Below, piece after piece: positions 10,897 through 26,301 of a stretch of DNA of 64,000 bases (the stretch's first letter is position 1; every line of letters starts with the position of its first letter). A program made the position numbers and the translations under genes. The DNA lies in the NCBI GenBank assembly GCA_963745235.1, contig CAVUXE010000057.1, positions 15,565 to 79,564 on the forward strand, written 5' to 3'. The notes under the pieces were generated by a model. It ran no database searches and was not told the DNA's origin. It was given only the letters and a program-made list of their open reading frames with translations. This DNA comes from an uncultured Spirochaetota bacterium (GTDB lineage: Bacteria > Spirochaetota > Spirochaetia > SZUA-6 > Fen-1364).

Positions 10897-12171
10897 TCAG
10901 ATGACCGTCCCGGGGCTCAGGACCGTGCCCTTGGGGATGATGATGATCCCGTCCCGGATCGAGTATCTCTCGAAGTCGCCGTCCCGCCGCTGGATCGGGT
11001 CGATCCCGATGCGGCAGTTGTCTCCGATGCGCGCGTTCTTGTCGATGATGGCCTTCTTGATGATGCACCCCTGGCCGATCCCGATGTTCGGCTCTCCCCG
11101 GTTGGCCTCGCGGTCTTCCGCGGTTTCGTAGTAGTCGGCCCCCATGCAGACCACCCCGTCGAGGTTCGCGCCGCTCTCGATGATTGTGCGGATCCCGACG
11201 ATGGAGTTCGCGATATTCGCGTTGGTGATGATGCTCCCTTCCGCGGCAAGTGACTGCGAGATGGTGCTGTAGTTGATCTTGGACGGCGGCAGGTCGCGGC
11301 GGTGCGTGAAGATGGGAGCATTTTCTTCGTAGAGGTTGAATGCCGGGTTGATCGAAGCGAGGTTGATGTTGGCCTCGTAGAAGCTCTTGATGGTCCCGAT
11401 GTCCTCCCAGTATCCGTCGAAGACGTACGTGAAGACTTTCACCTTGTCGATGAGCGCGGGGATGATTTCCGAGCCGAAGTCCGTCAGGGCATTGTCCAGC
11501 GCCTTCTTGAGAACGCCAGCCGTAAAGACATAGATTCCCATGGATGCCAGGAACAGGTCCCCGTCCGCGTCCAGCTCCTGCTGGGCCCTGATCTGCGGGG
11601 GAATGGCCAGGGCGGATATGTCCTGGCTGCGGGGCGGTTTCTCGATGAACTTCGTGATCCGGTAGCCTGCGTCCGCCTGGAGGATGCCCAGGCCGGTGGC
11701 CTTGTCGCGCGTGACGGGCATGGAGGCCACCGTCACCTCGGCGCCGGATTCCACGTGCGTCCGATACATGTCCGTCAGGTCCATCCGGTAGAGCTGGTCT
11801 CCGGAGAGGATGAGGTAGTGGGTGGGGGAATGGTCCTCGAAATGCAGGAGGTTCTTGCGCACCGCGTCCGCCGTGCCCTGGTACCAGTCGCTGGATTCGA
11901 GGGTCTGTTCCGCGGCAAGCAGCTCCACAAACCCCGGTGTGAAGGTGTCGAAGCGGTAGGTGTTGTTGATGTGCTTGTGAAGCGAAGCGGAATTGAACTG
12001 CGTGAGGACGTAGATCTTGCGCATCCCCCCGTGCATGCAGTTGGAAATGGGGATGTCGACAATGCGGAACTTGCCTCCGAAGGGAACAGCCGGCTTCGCT
12101 CGATTGGCCGTGAGCGGATAGAGCCTCTGTCCTTTCCCGCCGCCGAGGATGATTGAAATGATCTTTTCCAC
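10897..12171 (-). CDS. glgC: Glucose-1-phosphate adenylyltransferase
   Basis: ILGGGKGQRLYPLT..RAKPAVPFGG, WYQGTADAV, ASMGIYVF, YWEDIGT, left-handed beta-helix tail; GTG start at 12171 assumed. Confidence 0.96.
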   Translation of the reverse strand: MEKIISIILGGGKGQRLYPLTANRAKPAVPFGGKFRIVDIPISNCMHGGMRKIYVLTQFNSASLHKHINNTYRFDTFTPGFVELLAAEQTLESSDWYQGTADAVRKNLLHFEDHSPTHYLILSGDQLYRMDLTDMYRTHVESGAEVTVASMPVTRDKATGLGILQADAGYRITKFIEKPPRSQDISALAIPPQIRAQQELDADGDLFLASMGIYVFTAGVLKKALDNALTDFGSEIIPALIDKVKVFTYVFDGYWEDIGTIKSFYEANINLASINPAFNLYEENAPIFTHRRDLPPSKINYSTISQSLAAEGSIITNANIANSIVGIRTIIESGANLDGVVCMGADYYETAEDREANRGEPNIGIGQGCIIKKAIIDKNARIGDNCRIGIDPIQRRDGDFERYSIRDGIIIIPKGTVLSPGTVI

Positions 12172-12330
12172 CTTGCTGCCCCCCGGACAGAAAAGTCTAC
12201 GACGCCCCCTTCCACCGGTCAAGGCAGAACAGCGTCGACATCAAGACAGCGGGCGCCTTTTCCGCGTGCCCGCCGGCATGGTACTATTGCCCGGGGAGGC
12301 GGTCCTCTGGTCCGCACAGGGAGGGGGCGA

Positions 12331-14624
<2,294 letters not shown>

Positions 14625-14625
<1 letters not shown>

Positions 14626-15806
14626 TGTCCGACGAGGCGCCGCGAACACGGAGGGGGATCGACTTCCTGAGACGGGGCGGGCAAGGCGTTCCCGGGCCAG
14701 CGCTTCGCTGGACGGATGCTTCCGCTCCTGCATCGTCCCAGGATCCCCGGTTCCCTGGCTGGGTCAGGGAGGGAGAGTTTCTCTATCGACGCAGGCTCGC
14801 TTTTGCCCGGGCGCGCCGTGGAGATCTGGGATCCGGCCTTTTCCCCCGAGGCGGGGTCCGTGGACAAGCTTGTCTTCTATGATACGGAGACAACGGGTCT
14901 TTCCGGCGGGGCGGGAAGCTTGATCTTCCTGTTCGGCGCCGCATGGTGCGAAGGGCATGACCTGAGGTTCGAGCAGCTTTTCCTGGCCGACTTCCCGGGG
15001 AACCGGAGTTCCTGCAGGCCATCGAGGGCCTGCTGCGGCCGTTTGCGGCCTGGGTCTCGTACAATGGGAAGACCTTCGACAGCCACCTGATCCGGACCAG
15101 GTTCCTGATGAACGGGATGACCATGGAGCCGGGCCCGCAGGTGGACCTGCTCCATCACGCCAGACGGCTGTGGCGCTCCATCACGCGGGATTGCAGCCTG
15201 AAAGCCATCGAGAGAGACATCCTGGGAGTCACGCGGGAAATGGACGTGGCCGGAGAGGACATTCCCCTGGTCTGGCTGGAGTTCCTGCGGACCGGCTCAC
15301 CGGGGATCCTGCCGGTCGTTTTCCAGCACAACATGACGGACATCACCTCCGTCGCGCGCCTCTACGGCGTCATCGGGAGCCTGCTCCGCGGCGACGTGGA
15401 GGAAACGCCGGTGGATGAGACCGCCCTCGGGGGCTGGCTCCTGGCGCGCTCACCGGCAAGCGGTGCCGCCCTCCTTGGGGAGGCCTTCCAGAAAGGAAGC
15501 CTCCAGGCCGGCGTTGCGCTCAGCCTTCACCACAAGAGGCTCGGGGAATGGGACACGGCTGTCGGAATCTGGCAGGAGCTCCTCCAGAGATCGAAGAGCC
15601 TGTTCGCCGCGGTGGAGCTGGCGAAGCACCTGGAGCACAGGGTGCGCGATCTCAGGCGGGCGCTGGAAATCGTGGAGATGGTCAGCTCGTGGCAGCTGCC
15701 CTTGAGCGCCGGTGATCGCCAGGAAATCAGGAGACGCAGGGACCGCCTGGTGAGAAAGCTGTCGATGAGGACGGAGCGCTACCCGAGAACCGCTTCGACT
15801 GAATGA
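14625..15806 (+). CDS. MrfB/YprB-like RNase H-fold exonuclease with TPR-like tail (indels near 14800 and 15000)
   Basis: FYDTETTGLSGGAG, YNGKTFD, DLLHHARRLWR..CSLKAIE, HNMTDI; start overlaps the helicase stop (TGATG). Confidence 0.85.
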
Positions 15807-18192
15807 TCCGCCCCGTCCGCGAAAGCAGGAATGACAGTCTCTGAAATCGGCTTGCCGTCAACACTGACAGACTGGATTCCCCTGCACACGTGCCGCGGGT
15901 TCTTCACGGTGATGAGGTACCGTGAGCCTCGAAACACGCGGGTCACCTGGAAGCCGTCCCATGCCGCGGGGATGCAGGGGTCCACCAGCAGGCCGTCGAA
16001 ATCCGGCCTGATGCCGAGCATGTATTGCGTTGCCGCCTGGTAGACCCAGGATGCCGTGCCCGAGAGCCAGGAGTTTCGCGCGAGGCCGAACTGCGGATGC
16101 TCGTCCCCAAGGATGTTCTGCGGATAGACCCAGGGCTCGCACTCGAAGCGCTCGATCTGGTCGTTGCTCAAGGCCGGGTTGATCTGGCGGTAATACTGCC
16201 ACGCGCGGTCCCCGTTTCCGACCATGGTCTGGGCGATCATGGCCCACGGGTTGGTGTGGAGAAATATCCCGCAGTTCTCCTTTGCCCCGGGGGGATACGT
16301 TGTGACGCCGCCTTTTGCGGGGTCGAACCCATTGAAACCGGGCGCGGACTTCTTTATGCCGTATCGCGTGTTCAACTTTGTATGGAGGGACTCGAGCGCG
16401 GCCCGGGCCCTCTCCGGCGTGGCAAAACCCGAGATCACCGCCCACGTCTGCGCGTTGACGTAGATCTGGCCCTGCTCGTTGCACCGCGAGCCAAGCGGCG
16501 CGCCATCCGCGTCGAAATAGCGAACGTACCATGCTCCATCCCACGCGTGCTCGTTGAAAAGAGCTTTCATCTCGTCGTACAGGCGCGTGTACCGCTCCGC
16601 CCCGGCGGGATCCCCGCGCCGGGAAAGGAGTGCGGACAATTCCTGCAGCGCTTTCCCGTACAGGCACGCGGTGAAGATCGACTCCGCGCCCGCTGCAAGG
16701 TTCACCGTGTCATTCCAGTCCGCAAAACCAAGGAGGGGAAGCCCATGGCGCCCCACGTTGCCGCGGGTGAAGCCGAGAGCGCGCTGGAGATGCTCCAGCA
16801 CGGAAGCGCTTTCAAGCGGCTCTCCCGAGGTTGCCTTGTCGTAGAAGGGCAGGGGGGTGGAAAGGAACCCGAAGTCCCCGGTCTCTTTCACGTAGGCGGA
16901 AACCGCCAGGATGATCCAAAGAGCATCGTCACTGTAGTACTGAGGGCGATCTTCCCTTTCACGGGCGTCCCCCATGCTCCCCTCCATGGTCGCGGGGTTG
17001 AACTGGTGCATCGCGCACCCGTCGCGCGTCTGAACGGACAGGAGGCGCTGGATGAGCTCCCGCGCCTCTCCGTGGGCAAAGGGCAGAACGCCCATCACGT
17101 CCTGCGATGAGTCGCGGAAGCCGATTCCCCGGGCGCCGTAGCCGAGCTGATACAGGGAGAGGTAGCGTGACCAGGTCAGGGTGACGTGGCATTGGCGGGG
17201 ATTGTGGATGTTGAGCATCCTGTCCGCATCCGTGTCAGGCGTGCGCGACCTGCTGCCTGTCCAGGCATGATGTCCAGAACCGTCCGAGCTCTTCGAAGGA
17301 CTCATCCACCCGGGCGGGTCCGCGAAAAGCGCGGATGCCCGGGCATCGCCGCCGCCAGGCTTTCTGCCTGGCCTACCTGGACAATCAGCCTTCGCTCGTC
17401 CCCCCTTGCCATCCTTCCGAGGTGATGCATGAGGGCGCCGATATTGTCCCCCCGGTTCGCCTCCCCGTTGCCCAGCTCTTTCGCGAGAAGGCTCCGGGGA
17501 GCCGACCAGGTCCCGTACTCGTTGTCCCCGAGAAATCTTTTGCGGTCCGTCTCGAACGAAGAGGCGGGGAGGCTGGATGTCATGTAGTTGATGCGGGTAT
17601 CCCGCATCATGAACGCGTACTGGGAGAGGACGACGCGGCCGTCCTGCCCGGTCGCCGCCCGGCTCTGCATTGTCTGCGGCACCCAGTCCGCGTTGGTGAG
17701 CTGCTTCAACGCGTCGAAATGCGTGTACTCCACCACGGGGATGGCATCCACCTCGACGGCCTTTCCTCCGACCTTCGCGACCCGGATATCCATGATGAGC
17801 CGGCTATCCTTGTGCGGGACAAAGAAAGTTGCCGACACCTGGAGGCCGGCCACGACGGAGACGATCCTGGTGTAGCCCAGGCCGATGTGGCATTCAAAGA
17901 AGTCCAGGGGCTGCAGCCCCGGGACGAAAAAGGGGGAGAGAAGGGCATACCCGGTCCGTGAGCGCGTGCGAAGGTAAAGGGTGGTGCCTTTGAAATCCGA
18001 CGCGGGCGTGAGCGCCAGGTAGCGCGTGATGCGGTTTGTGGCCGGGTCTCCCCGGCAGAGCAGGCTCCCTCCCGTGTGATCCACGAACCCCCCGAAGGAG
18101 AGCGTGCCCACGTAGTTGATCCACTTGACGGGGGTCAGGGGATTCGTGATCACGTATTCCCGGGCCGCGTCGTCGAAATGACCGCACCTCAC
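15779..18192 (-). CDS. GH94 glycoside phosphorylase, possibly cellodextrin phosphorylase-like (frameshifted near 17300-17340)
   Basis: GHFDDAAREYVI, RGIGFRDSSQD, YSDDALW, ADWNDTVNL, GAKENCGIF, NSWLSGTASW. Confidence 0.85.
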
Positions 18193-19342
18193 TGGGCTCC
18201 TCCACGCCGTCCAGGGACCTCTTCAATCTCGGGGAGTGAGAAAAGCCTTTCCAGGAACATGGATGCTGCCCCGTACGCAACGATGAGATCGCCCAGCTCG
18301 GAGAGCTCGATCTGGAGCGACTTTTTTCCATAGGGCCAGTTCTTCTGGACCTCTTCGTCGATCACCGGGATGAGGATGGACCGGAACTTCTCAACGCTTC
18401 CCCCGATGAACACGTGCGAGAGGTCCAGGGTGTTGACCAGGAGGGCCACATTCCTCCCGATTTCCCGAGCCACTTCCCGGAATGCGGACTGGTCATTCAT
18501 CGCGGCGCTCATGGTCTCATCCGGGAGGGAGAACTGGCTCCTGGTTTCCGCTGTGCGGAAGACGCTTCGAAACTCACCGGCTGAGCTGTTCGCGCCAAGG
18601 TGGACGCGGCCTCCAATGACCAGCCCAAGCCCCACGGACACGCCGCCCCCGTTCACGTCTCCCACCCGTTCCTTTCGGAACTCCCCCAGGAGGAAGAGGA
18701 ACTCGCGCGGCCTGTTCCCGCGGTTGCGCACCAGCTCGGCCCAGCAGCAGCAGTTGGCGTCGTTGTCAATGCACAGCGGCTTTCCAAGAAGCCGCGCCCC
18801 CGACGCCGTGAAGTCCACCGGAAGCGAGATGCCCAGGGGGAGGGACTGCTGGATGACGCCGTTGGCGGAATCCACTATCCCCGAGACGCCCACGCCGATT
18901 CCCAGCGGCTCGAGCGCGCGGTTTTCAAGGTCAAGGGAGACCTCGCTCATGATGTCCAGGAAGACCGACGGCAGCTGTTTCCCTTCGGCTTTCATGGGCT
19001 CCGAGCGCGAGTACAGCACCTTTCCATCCAGGTCCACCGCCACGGCCGTGTAGCGCTCGGTCTGGATCTCCAGCCCCACGACGCAGCCGTAGTCTCCGCG
19101 CACGCTGAGAAAGACCGGCCTTCGCCCGCCCCTCTCTCCCGCGTCTCCCTCGGCGGATCTCGACGATGATCTCCTTTTGGAGCAGGTCCGCAACGATCTT
19201 TGTGACGGTGGATTTGTCCAGCTTCAGGCTCGCGGACAGCGCGCTGCGGCTGACCCCCGGGGAGACCCAGATGGCCCTCAGGATCCTGTGAAAGTTGACC
19301 GGGCTCGAAGCCTTCCTGAGCAGGAAACCAATGTTCCTTCAT
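18189..19342 (-). CDS. ROK family transcriptional repressor (indels in the 5' part)
   Basis: Re-framed N-terminal HTH SRSALSASLKLDKSTVTKIVADL, GGRRP, GVGVSGIVD, DNDANCC, AGEF, AYGAA. Confidence 0.85.
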
Positions 19343-19343
19343 A

Positions 19344-19471
19344 GTAAGTTTCTTCTATCAACTTATGCTATCAAAGCTCTCATAGTTAATCAATATTGAA
19401 ATTTAAAGATTTTTCTTGACAACTGGCTCCGGCTATGATGTAATCATGTTGGTTGAAGGAAGCAATCAACC
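19344..19471. promoter_or_regulatory. Divergent sigma70 promoters with two candidate ROK operators
   Basis: + strand TTGACA(19416)-17-TGTAAT; - strand TTGATT-17-TAGCAT toward the ROK gene; palindrome GGTTGA-N9-TCAACC at 19451-19471 and a related site at 19344-19362 (13/19 identical as reverse complement). Confidence 0.6.
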
Positions 19472-19497
19472 TATGAACCGCTGGATCAGATTCGTGC

Positions 19498-20470
19498 ATG
19501 GAGGTTGAAGTCTTGGCTGACGTGATGACCGAGGCCGTGCCAAAGGCGCGCATCGCCGTGAGGCCCAACAGGCGCAAGACCAATTTCGGCCTTCTCAGCA
19601 TGGTGATTCCCGGGAACCCTCGCCCTGATTCTTTTCAGCTACCTCCCCATGCTGGGGATCTTCATTGCTTTCAAGAACATCAACTATACCAAGGGACTCC
19701 TCGGCAGTCCCTGGATCGGTTTGAAGAACTTCGAGTTCCTCTTCAAGACGCCGGATGCCTGGATCATCACGAGGAACTCGGTCCTCTACAATATCGCATT
19801 CATCGTTCTCGGCACCATCGCATCGGTGGGCGTCGCCGTTGCGCTGGATGGGCTTCGAACCAAGCGGCTTTCCCGGCTCTACCAGGGGGTCATGTTTCTC
19901 CCCTACTTCTTCTCCTGGATCGTCATCAGCACCCTCGTCTTCTCTCTTCTTTCAACGGATCTCGGTTTTTTCAACAAGCAGCTGTTTCCAGCCCTGGGGA
20001 TCGCTCCGGTCAACTGGTACATCGAAAAGATCTACTGGCCTTTCATCATCATCTTCACGAACCTGTGGAAATACACCGGGTACTGCAGCGTCATCTACCT
20101 TGCCGCCATCTCGGGGATCGACCAGAACTGCTTCGAAGCAGCGGCTCTCGACGGGGCCAGCCGATGGCAGGTCATCAGGCGGATCATGATCCCCCTGATA
20201 TCCTACGTCATCATCATCCAGGTGCTGTTGTCCATCGGTCGCCTGTTCTATTCGGACTTCGGCTTGTTCTACCAGGTCCCCCAGAACATGGGACCACTGT
20301 TCGACACCACGAACGTCATTGACACGTACGTGTACCGCACTCTGGTGAACGTCGGCGACATCGGGATGTCCGCCGCGGCAGGCCTGTACCAGGCCGTCAT
20401 CGGGTTCGTGCTGGTCCTCGTGTCGAACCTCATCGTGCGGAGGATCGACGTGGAGAAGAGCCTTTTCTGA
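19498..20470 (+). CDS. Carbohydrate ABC transporter permease 1 (indel near 19615; start uncertain)
   Basis: SPWIGLKNFEFLF, LPYFFSW, EAAALDGASRWQ EAA motif, VIDTYVY. Confidence 0.9.
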
Positions 20471-20477
20471 GGCGCGC

Positions 20478-21402
20478 ATGAAGCAGTCAGCGTCAGCTTC
20501 CGTTGCAACGATGATTCTCGGACCCGGGCAGGGGGCGGCAGATCGTGTCCCATGCTCTGTTCATCGTCATCTGCATCATCTGCCTGTATCCGCTGGCCCT
20601 CGTGATCGGCATCTCCTTTTCATCAGAGAGCGCCATCGCCATCCACGGGTTCAAGCTCATCCCGGCCCAGACGAGCCTCGTTGCCTATAACTTCGTCCTG
20701 AAGCAGAGCGACGCCGTGGCGCGGGCGTATGTCATTACAATCATCGTGACAGGGCTGGGGACGGTGCTCAGCACCCTCGTGATCGCGCTGTATGCGTACC
20801 CCCTTTCCCGCAAGGATTTCCCCCAGAGGAAGCTGTTCTCGTTCATCGCCTTCTTCACGATGCTGTTCTCCGGCGGCCTCGTGCCCTGGTACATGGTGTG
20901 CGTGCAGATCCTCCACCTCAGGAACAACATCTGGGCGCTCATCCTGCCCTACACCATGAACGCGTGGTACGTGCTCATCATGCGGACCTTCTACAAGACC
21001 AACGTCCCGGATTCCATCATCGAGTCCGCGAGGATCGACGGGGCGGGGGAGTACACGATTTTCTTCCGCATCATCATCAGCCTGGCAAAACCGGGGCTCG
21101 CGACCATTGCGCTTTTCAACACCATCGTGTTCTGGAACGACTGGTGGCTGCCCCTGATGCTGGTGAACGACCCCGCCTGGTTCAACCTCCAGTACCTGAT
21201 GTACAGGGTCCAGGTCAACATCCAGTACCTGTCCAGCATGGCGGGGAACACGAACGTGGCGGGTGAGATCCTTCGACGGCTCCCCTCGCGCACGGCTCAG
21301 ATGGCCATGTGCATCCTGTCCATCGGGCCCATCGTTCTCGCGTACCCGTTCTTCCAGAAGTACTTCGTGAAGGGGATCACCATTGGGTCTCTCAAAGAGT
21401 AG
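20478..21402 (+). CDS. Carbohydrate ABC transporter permease 2 (possible indel near the 5' end)
   Basis: AYPLSR, TMLFSGGLVP, ESARIDGAGE, YPFFQKYFVKG. Confidence 0.9.
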
Positions 21403-21456
21403 GCAAGACCGGCCCGTCGGGCTGGACGCCATATATCACAAGAGGAGGATTCTGAG

Positions 21457-22935
21457 ATGAAAAGAGCGATTCTGTTTCCGCTCGTCGCACTTTTCGCTCT
21501 CTCCCTGGTCGCCGGCGTGTGGGCCGGAGGGCAGGGTGAGAAGGGTGGCCAGGGCGGCGCGCCCGTGCAGCTGACCTGGTACTTCATCGGCAACGGGCCG
21601 CAGAAGGACGTGGACAAGGTGGAAGCGGCGGTGGACAAGTACATTCAGGGCAAGGGCCTGAACGCCACCGTGAAGCTTGTCTGCTTCGACTGGGGCGCCT
21701 ACGACAACAAGATGCAGACCATCATTGCCAGCGGAGAGCCGTTCGACATCTGCTTCACCGCCGTGTGGACGAACAACTACAGGAACAACGCGGGCCGCGG
21801 CGCATTCCTCGCCCTGAATGACCTGCTCACCAAGTACGCTCCCAAGACGAAGGCGCTCCTGGGCGCGGACTTCCTGGCCGGCTCGGCAATCGACGGGGTG
21901 AACTACGCCATCCCGGCGAACAAGGAAAAGGCGCACAACTGGGGCTTCATCGTCCGCAAGGACCTGGTTGCCAAGTACAAGATGGACCTTTCGGGCGTGA
22001 AGAAGCTGGAAGACATGGAGCCGTTCCTCAAGACCATCAAGGACAACGAGCCCGGGATGTACCCCCTGGAAGCCTGCGTGGGAGAGTCGCCCCGCTTCTT
22101 CCTGGACTTCGACAAGCTCGTTGACGACGACATCCCCATTTCCCTCTATTCCGACAACCGCTCCTCGAAGGCCGTCTTCGAGCTCGAGGCCCCCGAGACG
22201 ATTGCCCTCTATCGCACAATGCACAAGTATTACAACGCCGGCTACGTCCGCAAAGATGCAGCCACCATCACGGACTTCAACGCTGATGAGAAGGCAGGCC
22301 TGATCTTCGCCGCGGCCAAGTCCCTGAAGCCGGGCAAAGACGCCGAGATGACCAATCAGACCGGCCAGCCGTGGATGCAGATCGATATCACCCCTCCGGT
22401 CATGTCCAACCGTGAGACAACCGGGTCAATGCAGGCGTTATCCCACACCTCGAAGCACCCCGAGGCAGCCATGGCGTTTCTGGAGCTGTTCAATACCGAC
22501 AAGTACCTCAACAACCTGATCAACTTCGGCATCGAGGGCTCGCATTACGTGAAGGTGAGCGACAACGTGATCAAGGCCGGACCCCAGAACGACCAGTATA
22601 ACCCGCAGACGGGCTGGATGTTCGGGAACCAGTTCATCAACTACCTCTGGTCCAACGAGGACCCCCAGAAGTGGGAGAAGTTCACCGCGTACAACAAGTC
22701 CGCCCTTCCCCTCAAGAGCCTGGGCTTCTCTTTCGACCCCACGCCCGTGAAGACCCAGATCGCCACCGCGAAGAACCTCTGGAAAGAGTTCACCCCGTCC
22801 CTGGAAACAGGCACGGTTGACCCGGACAAGGTGATTCCCGAGGCAATCGCGAAATACAAGGCGGTCGGCATCGACGACATCAAGGCTGAGGTCCAGAAGC
22901 AGTACGACGCCTGGCTCGCAAAGAAGAAGGGATAA
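21457..22935 (+). CDS. Carbohydrate ABC transporter solute-binding protein
   Basis: Signal peptide ending [26 protein letters not shown]-terminal [20 protein letters not shown]. Confidence 0.9.
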   Translation: MKRAILFPLVALFALSLVAGVWAGGQGEKGGQGGAPVQLTWYFIGNGPQKDVDKVEAAVDKYIQGKGLNATVKLVCFDWGAYDNKMQTIIASGEPFDICFTAVWTNNYRNNAGRGAFLALNDLLTKYAPKTKALLGADFLAGSAIDGVNYAIPANKEKAHNWGFIVRKDLVAKYKMDLSGVKKLEDMEPFLKTIKDNEPGMYPLEACVGESPRFFLDFDKLVDDDIPISLYSDNRSSKAVFELEAPETIALYRTMHKYYNAGYVRKDAATITDFNADEKAGLIFAAAKSLKPGKDAEMTNQTGQPWMQIDITPPVMSNRETTGSMQALSHTSKHPEAAMAFLELFNTDKYLNNLINFGIEGSHYVKVSDNVIKAGPQNDQYNPQTGWMFGNQFINYLWSNEDPQKWEKFTAYNKSALPLKSLGFSFDPTPVKTQIATAKNLWKEFTPSLETGTVDPDKVIPEAIAKYKAVGIDDIKAEVQKQYDAWLAKKKG

Positions 22936-22950
22936 GCCTCTGTCCCGTGA

Positions 22951-22975
22951 GGTCCCCCGCCCGCGGCGGGGGACC
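22951..22975 (+). terminator. GC-rich hairpin after the solute-binding protein gene (stabiliser or partial terminator)
   Basis: GGTCCCCCGCC-CGC-GGCGGGGGACC, perfect 11-bp stem with a weak U tract. Confidence 0.5.
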
Positions 22976-23011
22976 ACTTCTTCGGTTCATCTGACGCATG
23001 CGCTCTCACCC

Positions 23012-25480
23012 GTGGAGGAAGAGATGGTCTACGGACACTTCGACGACGGCGCCCGGGAGTATGTCATCACCCGGCCGGACACCCCATGGCCGTGGATCAA
23101 CTACCTCGGAACCGAGGACTTCTTCTCCCTCGTTTCCAACGCCGGCGGCGGCTACTCCTTCTACAAGGATGCCCGGCTGCGGCGCCTCACGCGGTATCGC
23201 TACAACGACGTCCCCATGGACTCCAACGGCCGCTTGTTCTATATCAGGGACGGGGAGACCGTCTGGAACCCCGGTTGGCGGCCTGCAAGGACGGACCTGG
23301 AATCGTACGAGTGCCGCCACGGCATGGGGTACACGAGGATCCGCTCCCTGCGGGACGGGGTCTCCGCCGACCTGCTCCTTTTTGTGCCGCAGGGCGCGGA
23401 CTGCGAGGTCCAGCGCCTTGTCCTGAGCAACACCTCCCGGGGCAGAAAGACCCTGGACCTGTTTGCCGTGACCGAGTTCTGTCTCTGGAACGCCATGGAC
23501 GACATGACGAACTTCCAGCGCAACCTCTCCACGGGAGAAGTCGAAGTGGAAGAGGGCGTTGTTTATCATCGAACGGAGTACAGGGAGCGGCGCAATCACT
23601 TTGCGTTCTATTCAGTGAATGCTCCCGTGGCGGGCTTTGAAACGGATAGGGAACAGTTCACCGGGCGCTACGGCGGGTTCGAAAGGCCGGAGGCTGTTTC
23701 CTGCAGACGGCTGCCGGGGACGCTGGCCAGCGGCTGGTCACCCATTGCGGCGTTTCACCTGAAGATCTCACTCGAACCGGGCGAGTCGCGGAGCCTGGTT
23801 TTCCTCCTGGGCTACGTGGAGAATCCTGATGCCGAGAAGTGGTCGGCACCCGGAGTGATCAACAAGGCGCGGGCCGCGGCCCTGCGGGCACGTTTCGACA
23901 CCGACAGCAAGGTGGAGGCTGCCTTCCGGGAGCTTTCCGCCTCCTGGTGCGCCCTTCTTTCGGGGTTCAGCGTTTCCTCGGGAGACGAGAGACTGGACCG
24001 CATGGTGAATGTCTGGAACCAGTACCAGTGCATGACCACCTACAACATGGCACGGAGCGCAAGCTATTTCGAGAGCGGCATAGGGCGCGGAATCGGCTTC
24101 CGGGACACAAGCCAGGACCTCCTGGGGTGCGTGCACCAGATCCCGCTGCGGGCCCGCCAGCGCCTCCTGGACGTCGCCTCCACGCAGTTTGCCGACGGCG
24201 GTGCCTACCACCAGTACCAGCCGCTGACCCGGCAGGGAAACCGGGATGTGGGCGGAGACTTCAACGACGACCCCCTGTGGCTCATCCTTGGCGTCGCCGG
24301 CTACATCAAGGAGACTGGTGACTGGGCAATCCTGGAGGAGCCTGTTCCCTTCGACGCGGAGCCCGTCCCAGCCCCGATGTTCGAGCACCTGCTGCGGTCC
24401 TTCAATCATGTCGTTGAGAACCTGGGTCCGCACCGGCTTCCTCTGATCGGGCACGCGGACTGGAACGACTGCCTCAACCTCAACTGCTTCTCCACCGACC
24501 CCAACGAATCATTCCAGACCGCGGTGTCCCGTGACGGAAGGACCGCGGAGTCGATGATGATCGCGGGGATGTTCGTCCTGATCGGAGAGGATTTCATCCA
24601 GATCTGCCGACGGACAGGGCGGGAGGCGATGGCGGATGAGGCGCAGGCCCGGGTCAACGAGATGCGCAGTGCCATCCTGGCGCACGGCTGGGATGGCGGA
24701 TGGTTCCTGCGGGCCTACGACAGCTTCGGGAACAAGGTCGGCTCGCGGGAAAACACGGACGGCCAGATCTACGTCGAGGCCAACGCATGGTGCGCCATGG
24801 CACGCGTCGGGACGGAGCACGGGTACCCCCTCAAGGCTCTTGACGCCGTCAGGGACCGGCTGGCCACCCGGTATGGGATCGTGATCCTGGATCCTCCCTA
24901 TCGGGAGTACCACGTGGAGCTCGGTGAGGTCTCATCCTACCCGCCCGGGTACAAGGAGAATGCCGGCGTATTCTGCCACAACAACCCGTGGGTCATGATC
25001 GCGGAGTGCGTCGCGGGCCGCGCCGGGCAGGCCTTCGATTACTACAAGAGGATCTGCCCCTCGTACCTGGAGGGTGTGCAGGAGCTTCACAGGACCGAGC
25101 CGTACGTGTACTCGCAGATGGTCGCCGGCAAGGCAGCCCCGCGCCACGGGGAAGCCAAGAACTCCTGGCTCACCGGCACCGCCGCCTGGAACTTCGTTGC
25201 CGTCTCGCAGTGGATCCTCGGGGTTCGGCCGGAGTTCGACGGGCTGAGGATAGATCCCTCCCTGCCGCCCGAGCTGCGGAATGTGGAGCTGACCAGGAGG
25301 TTCCGCGGCTGCCGGTATTCCATACGGATACGGAACTCGGGCAGGACGCCGCAGGAAAGGACGATCACGGTCAACGGGAAGCGGGTCGCAGTCGAACGTC
25401 GTGCCCCCGGGAAGCGCAGGGCGCGGAGATCCGTGTCGAGGTCGACATGTAAGAACGCCTTCGGCTTTCAGAGGCCGTAG
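23012..25480 (+). CDS. GH94 cellobiose phosphorylase-like enzyme (true stop probably 25452 after a late indel)
   Basis: [67 protein letters not shown]; the alternative frame ends EIRVEVDM. Confidence 0.9.
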   Translation: MEEEMVYGHFDDGAREYVITRPDTPWPWINYLGTEDFFSLVSNAGGGYSFYKDARLRRLTRYRYNDVPMDSNGRLFYIRDGETVWNPGWRPARTDLESYECRHGMGYTRIRSLRDGVSADLLLFVPQGADCEVQRLVLSNTSRGRKTLDLFAVTEFCLWNAMDDMTNFQRNLSTGEVEVEEGVVYHRTEYRERRNHFAFYSVNAPVAGFETDREQFTGRYGGFERPEAVSCRRLPGTLASGWSPIAAFHLKISLEPGESRSLVFLLGYVENPDAEKWSAPGVINKARAAALRARFDTDSKVEAAFRELSASWCALLSGFSVSSGDERLDRMVNVWNQYQCMTTYNMARSASYFESGIGRGIGFRDTSQDLLGCVHQIPLRARQRLLDVASTQFADGGAYHQYQPLTRQGNRDVGGDFNDDPLWLILGVAGYIKETGDWAILEEPVPFDAEPVPAPMFEHLLRSFNHVVENLGPHRLPLIGHADWNDCLNLNCFSTDPNESFQTAVSRDGRTAESMMIAGMFVLIGEDFIQICRRTGREAMADEAQARVNEMRSAILAHGWDGGWFLRAYDSFGNKVGSRENTDGQIYVEANAWCAMARVGTEHGYPLKALDAVRDRLATRYGIVILDPPYREYHVELGEVSSYPPGYKENAGVFCHNNPWVMIAECVAGRAGQAFDYYKRICPSYLEGVQELHRTEPYVYSQMVAGKAAPRHGEAKNSWLTGTAAWNFVAVSQWILGVRPEFDGLRIDPSLPPELRNVELTRRFRGCRYSIRIRNSGRTPQERTITVNGKRVAVERRAPGKRRARRSVSRSTCKNAFGFQRP

Positions 25481-26301
25481 TAGCTGATCACGTAATCCGT
25501 CACGGGCAGAAAACCAAGCCTCTCGTACAGGGAGATCGCGGGCCGGTTCCTCTTCTTCACAAAAAGGCATGCGCCCTCTTTTTCGCGGAGGACTCTCTTC
25601 AACAGCTCAGAGACCACCAGTCGGCCCACTCCCATGCCCCGAGAGCCGGGAACGGTGAAGACTCCGCCGATCTGGTCCACCGAAAAACCGCGGGCATTTG
25701 TCGCCGCCTTTGCCACCGGCACGCCGTCCCGCTCCGCGACGAACACGAGCTCCTCCTTCAGCGTCCTGTGCAGGAGCTTCAGGCACTGCGCGTCGTTGAA
25801 GTGGCGCGGGTCGACCACCACCTCCTCCAGCTCGTACGCTTTCTGGAGCGGAAAAAGGGCATGCGCATCCGCCTCCCCGGCCATGCGGATGGCGAGCCTG
25901 CCGTCCTGCGACGCGAGAGCCGGCCGCGCGCTTTCCCGGGTGACACTCATGAGGAAATACTCGATGCGCGCTGTCGGGAGGCTGGGCATCAGGGCCTCCA
26001 TCGCGCTTGCCGACCGACCGGTGCCCATGATGGAATGAATGGGCGGATGAACGTCCCGCAGCAGCCGGGAGAGCTCGGCTCCGGGAGAGACGTCGTCCGC
26101 CAGCAGCGGGAGAAGGAGCCCGGATGACGTGATGAGAAAGGTGCCGGTGACGCAACCCCGCGCGTCTTTGGCAACGTACACGGTCTGCCCGCGCGCGCCG
26201 GTTCGGAGGCGCGCGGTGAAAGGAACACAGAGGGACTCATCACGGAGGAGGAACGACAGGACGCCATCCATGTCCGCCCGCGCCGCCGCCCGCCAGGTCA
26301 T
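25468..26301 (-). CDS. GNAT family N-acetyltransferase
   Basis: [17 protein letters not shown] AcCoA motif A; [19 protein letters not shown] motif B. Confidence 0.88.
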   Translation of the reverse strand: MTWRAAARADMDGVLSFLLRDESLCVPFTARLRTGARGQTVYVAKDARGCVTGTFLITSSGLLLPLLADDVSPGAELSRLLRDVHPPIHSIMGTGRSASAMEALMPSLPTARIEYFLMSVTRESARPALASQDGRLAIRMAGEADAHALFPLQKAYELEEVVVDPRHFNDAQCLKLLHRTLKEELVFVAERDGVPVAKAATNARGFSVDQIGGVFTVPGSRGMGVGRLVVSELLKRVLREKEGACLFVKKRNRPAISLYERLGFLPVTDYVISYYGL

